DNA of 64,000 nucleotides from Azolla caroliniana. Its lineage: Eukaryota > Plantae > Polypodiophyta. The stretch spans positions 9,858,001-9,922,000 of the forward strand of contig JBHGNT010000005.1 in NCBI GenBank assembly GCA_043228905.1, written 5' to 3'. A program made the position numbers and the translations under genes. The notes beneath the pieces were generated by a model. It ran no database searches. It saw only the letters and a program-made list of their open reading frames with translations, and was not told the origin of the DNA. Positions 63,501 to 64,000 of this stretch are shown piece after piece; within the stretch, counting starts at the first letter, position 1; each line of letters starts with the position of its first letter.

Positions 63501-64000
63501 GCTCCGAACCGGACGGCATATCGCGCATTATCTTCACCTTCTTAATTGATGACCCACCCGATTCCAGTTGGGCTCGTATCTACGGTCACGTAAATTGGTT
63601 TCCCTTCGGCATAGTCGGCCTTCCTTAGTGCCGGAGCTTCAAGAAGCAGTTTCTTTAATCTTCGCATCGCCTTTGTGTGCTCATCTTGCCATTCGAACTT
63701 TATTCTTTTCTTTAGTAGTCCATATAACGGTTCGGCGACATGAGCGTAGTGAGGAATCCATATATGATAAAACGCGCACGCTCCAAGGAACCTTCGAACC
63801 TCCGTTTGGTTTTTCGCATTCTTCTTTCATGTCTTGGATTGCGTTCACTTTGGATGGCGAGGGCTTCCGGCCGTATGCTCCACACAAGTGACCTACCACC
63901 AAGATCTCTGGTTGCCCGAATGCGGATTTTTCTCCCGAAAATGTCAAATTCGCATCTTCGAGCCTTTGAAGCACCTTCTCGCAATCTTTCATATGATCTG
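60570..64000 (-). mobile_element. Gypsy H, 3' part: RT end-RNaseH-INT (61750-64000), PPT and 3' LTR 60570-61677
   Basis: LTFSGEKSAFG, IETDCLP, HESAWAGH..CKTC, NGKIERGH. GGTGGGGGTGGA precedes TGTCGTGAAGA; LTR ends TCTTCACGACG. Confidence 0.9.
61037..61090 (+). promoter_or_regulatory. tRNA-like Pol III promoter in the LTR, antisense to the element
   Basis: Consensus A box TGGCTTAATGG in a hairpin (TGGCTTA/TAAGCCA) and B box GGTTCGAATCC in a T-arm (AAGG/CCTT); 43-nt spacing. Confidence 0.7.

Overview
No host gene is recognisable. The window is a plant-type heterochromatic nest of retrotransposons; a non-seed plant such as a fern or lycophyte is plausible from the lineages present, but this is inference. 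Contents: (1) six Ty1/copia elements or remnants. Five are Tnt1/Tork-like (A 2220-5838, B 5839-~7900, B' 12783-20320, C 13077-18522, F 53868-59575) plus a nearly intact young copy D (24438-29938, minus); G (52474-60569) is a different copia lineage. (2) A complete 10.25-kb non-chromoviral Ty3/gypsy element E (30500-40751) with a large extra ORF after pol. (3) A distinct gypsy group with five related LTRs (465-2219, 20644-21834, 36995-37807, 49973-50740, 60570-61677), plus gag (1-418) and pol (61750-64000) parts. (4) A chromovirus RT fragment, two L1/Tx1-type LINEs, an RTEX-like LINE, several copia solo LTRs and a TIR DNA element. The most interesting signals follow. The five-LTR gypsy group always sits at 4-bp NCGN (CpG-centred) sites, one member has a tRNA-Trp PBS, and two of its LTRs carry an antisense tRNA-type Pol III A-box/B-box module with identical spacing. 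There is a Gag capsid swap among otherwise near-identical copia elements. Element E has a coiled-coil ORF3 and no visible PPT. A 40-bp LTR repeat expanded, probably after insertion, and unrelated elements are saturated with CCGG. All coordinates were read by eye and lineage names are motif-based, not database-verified.
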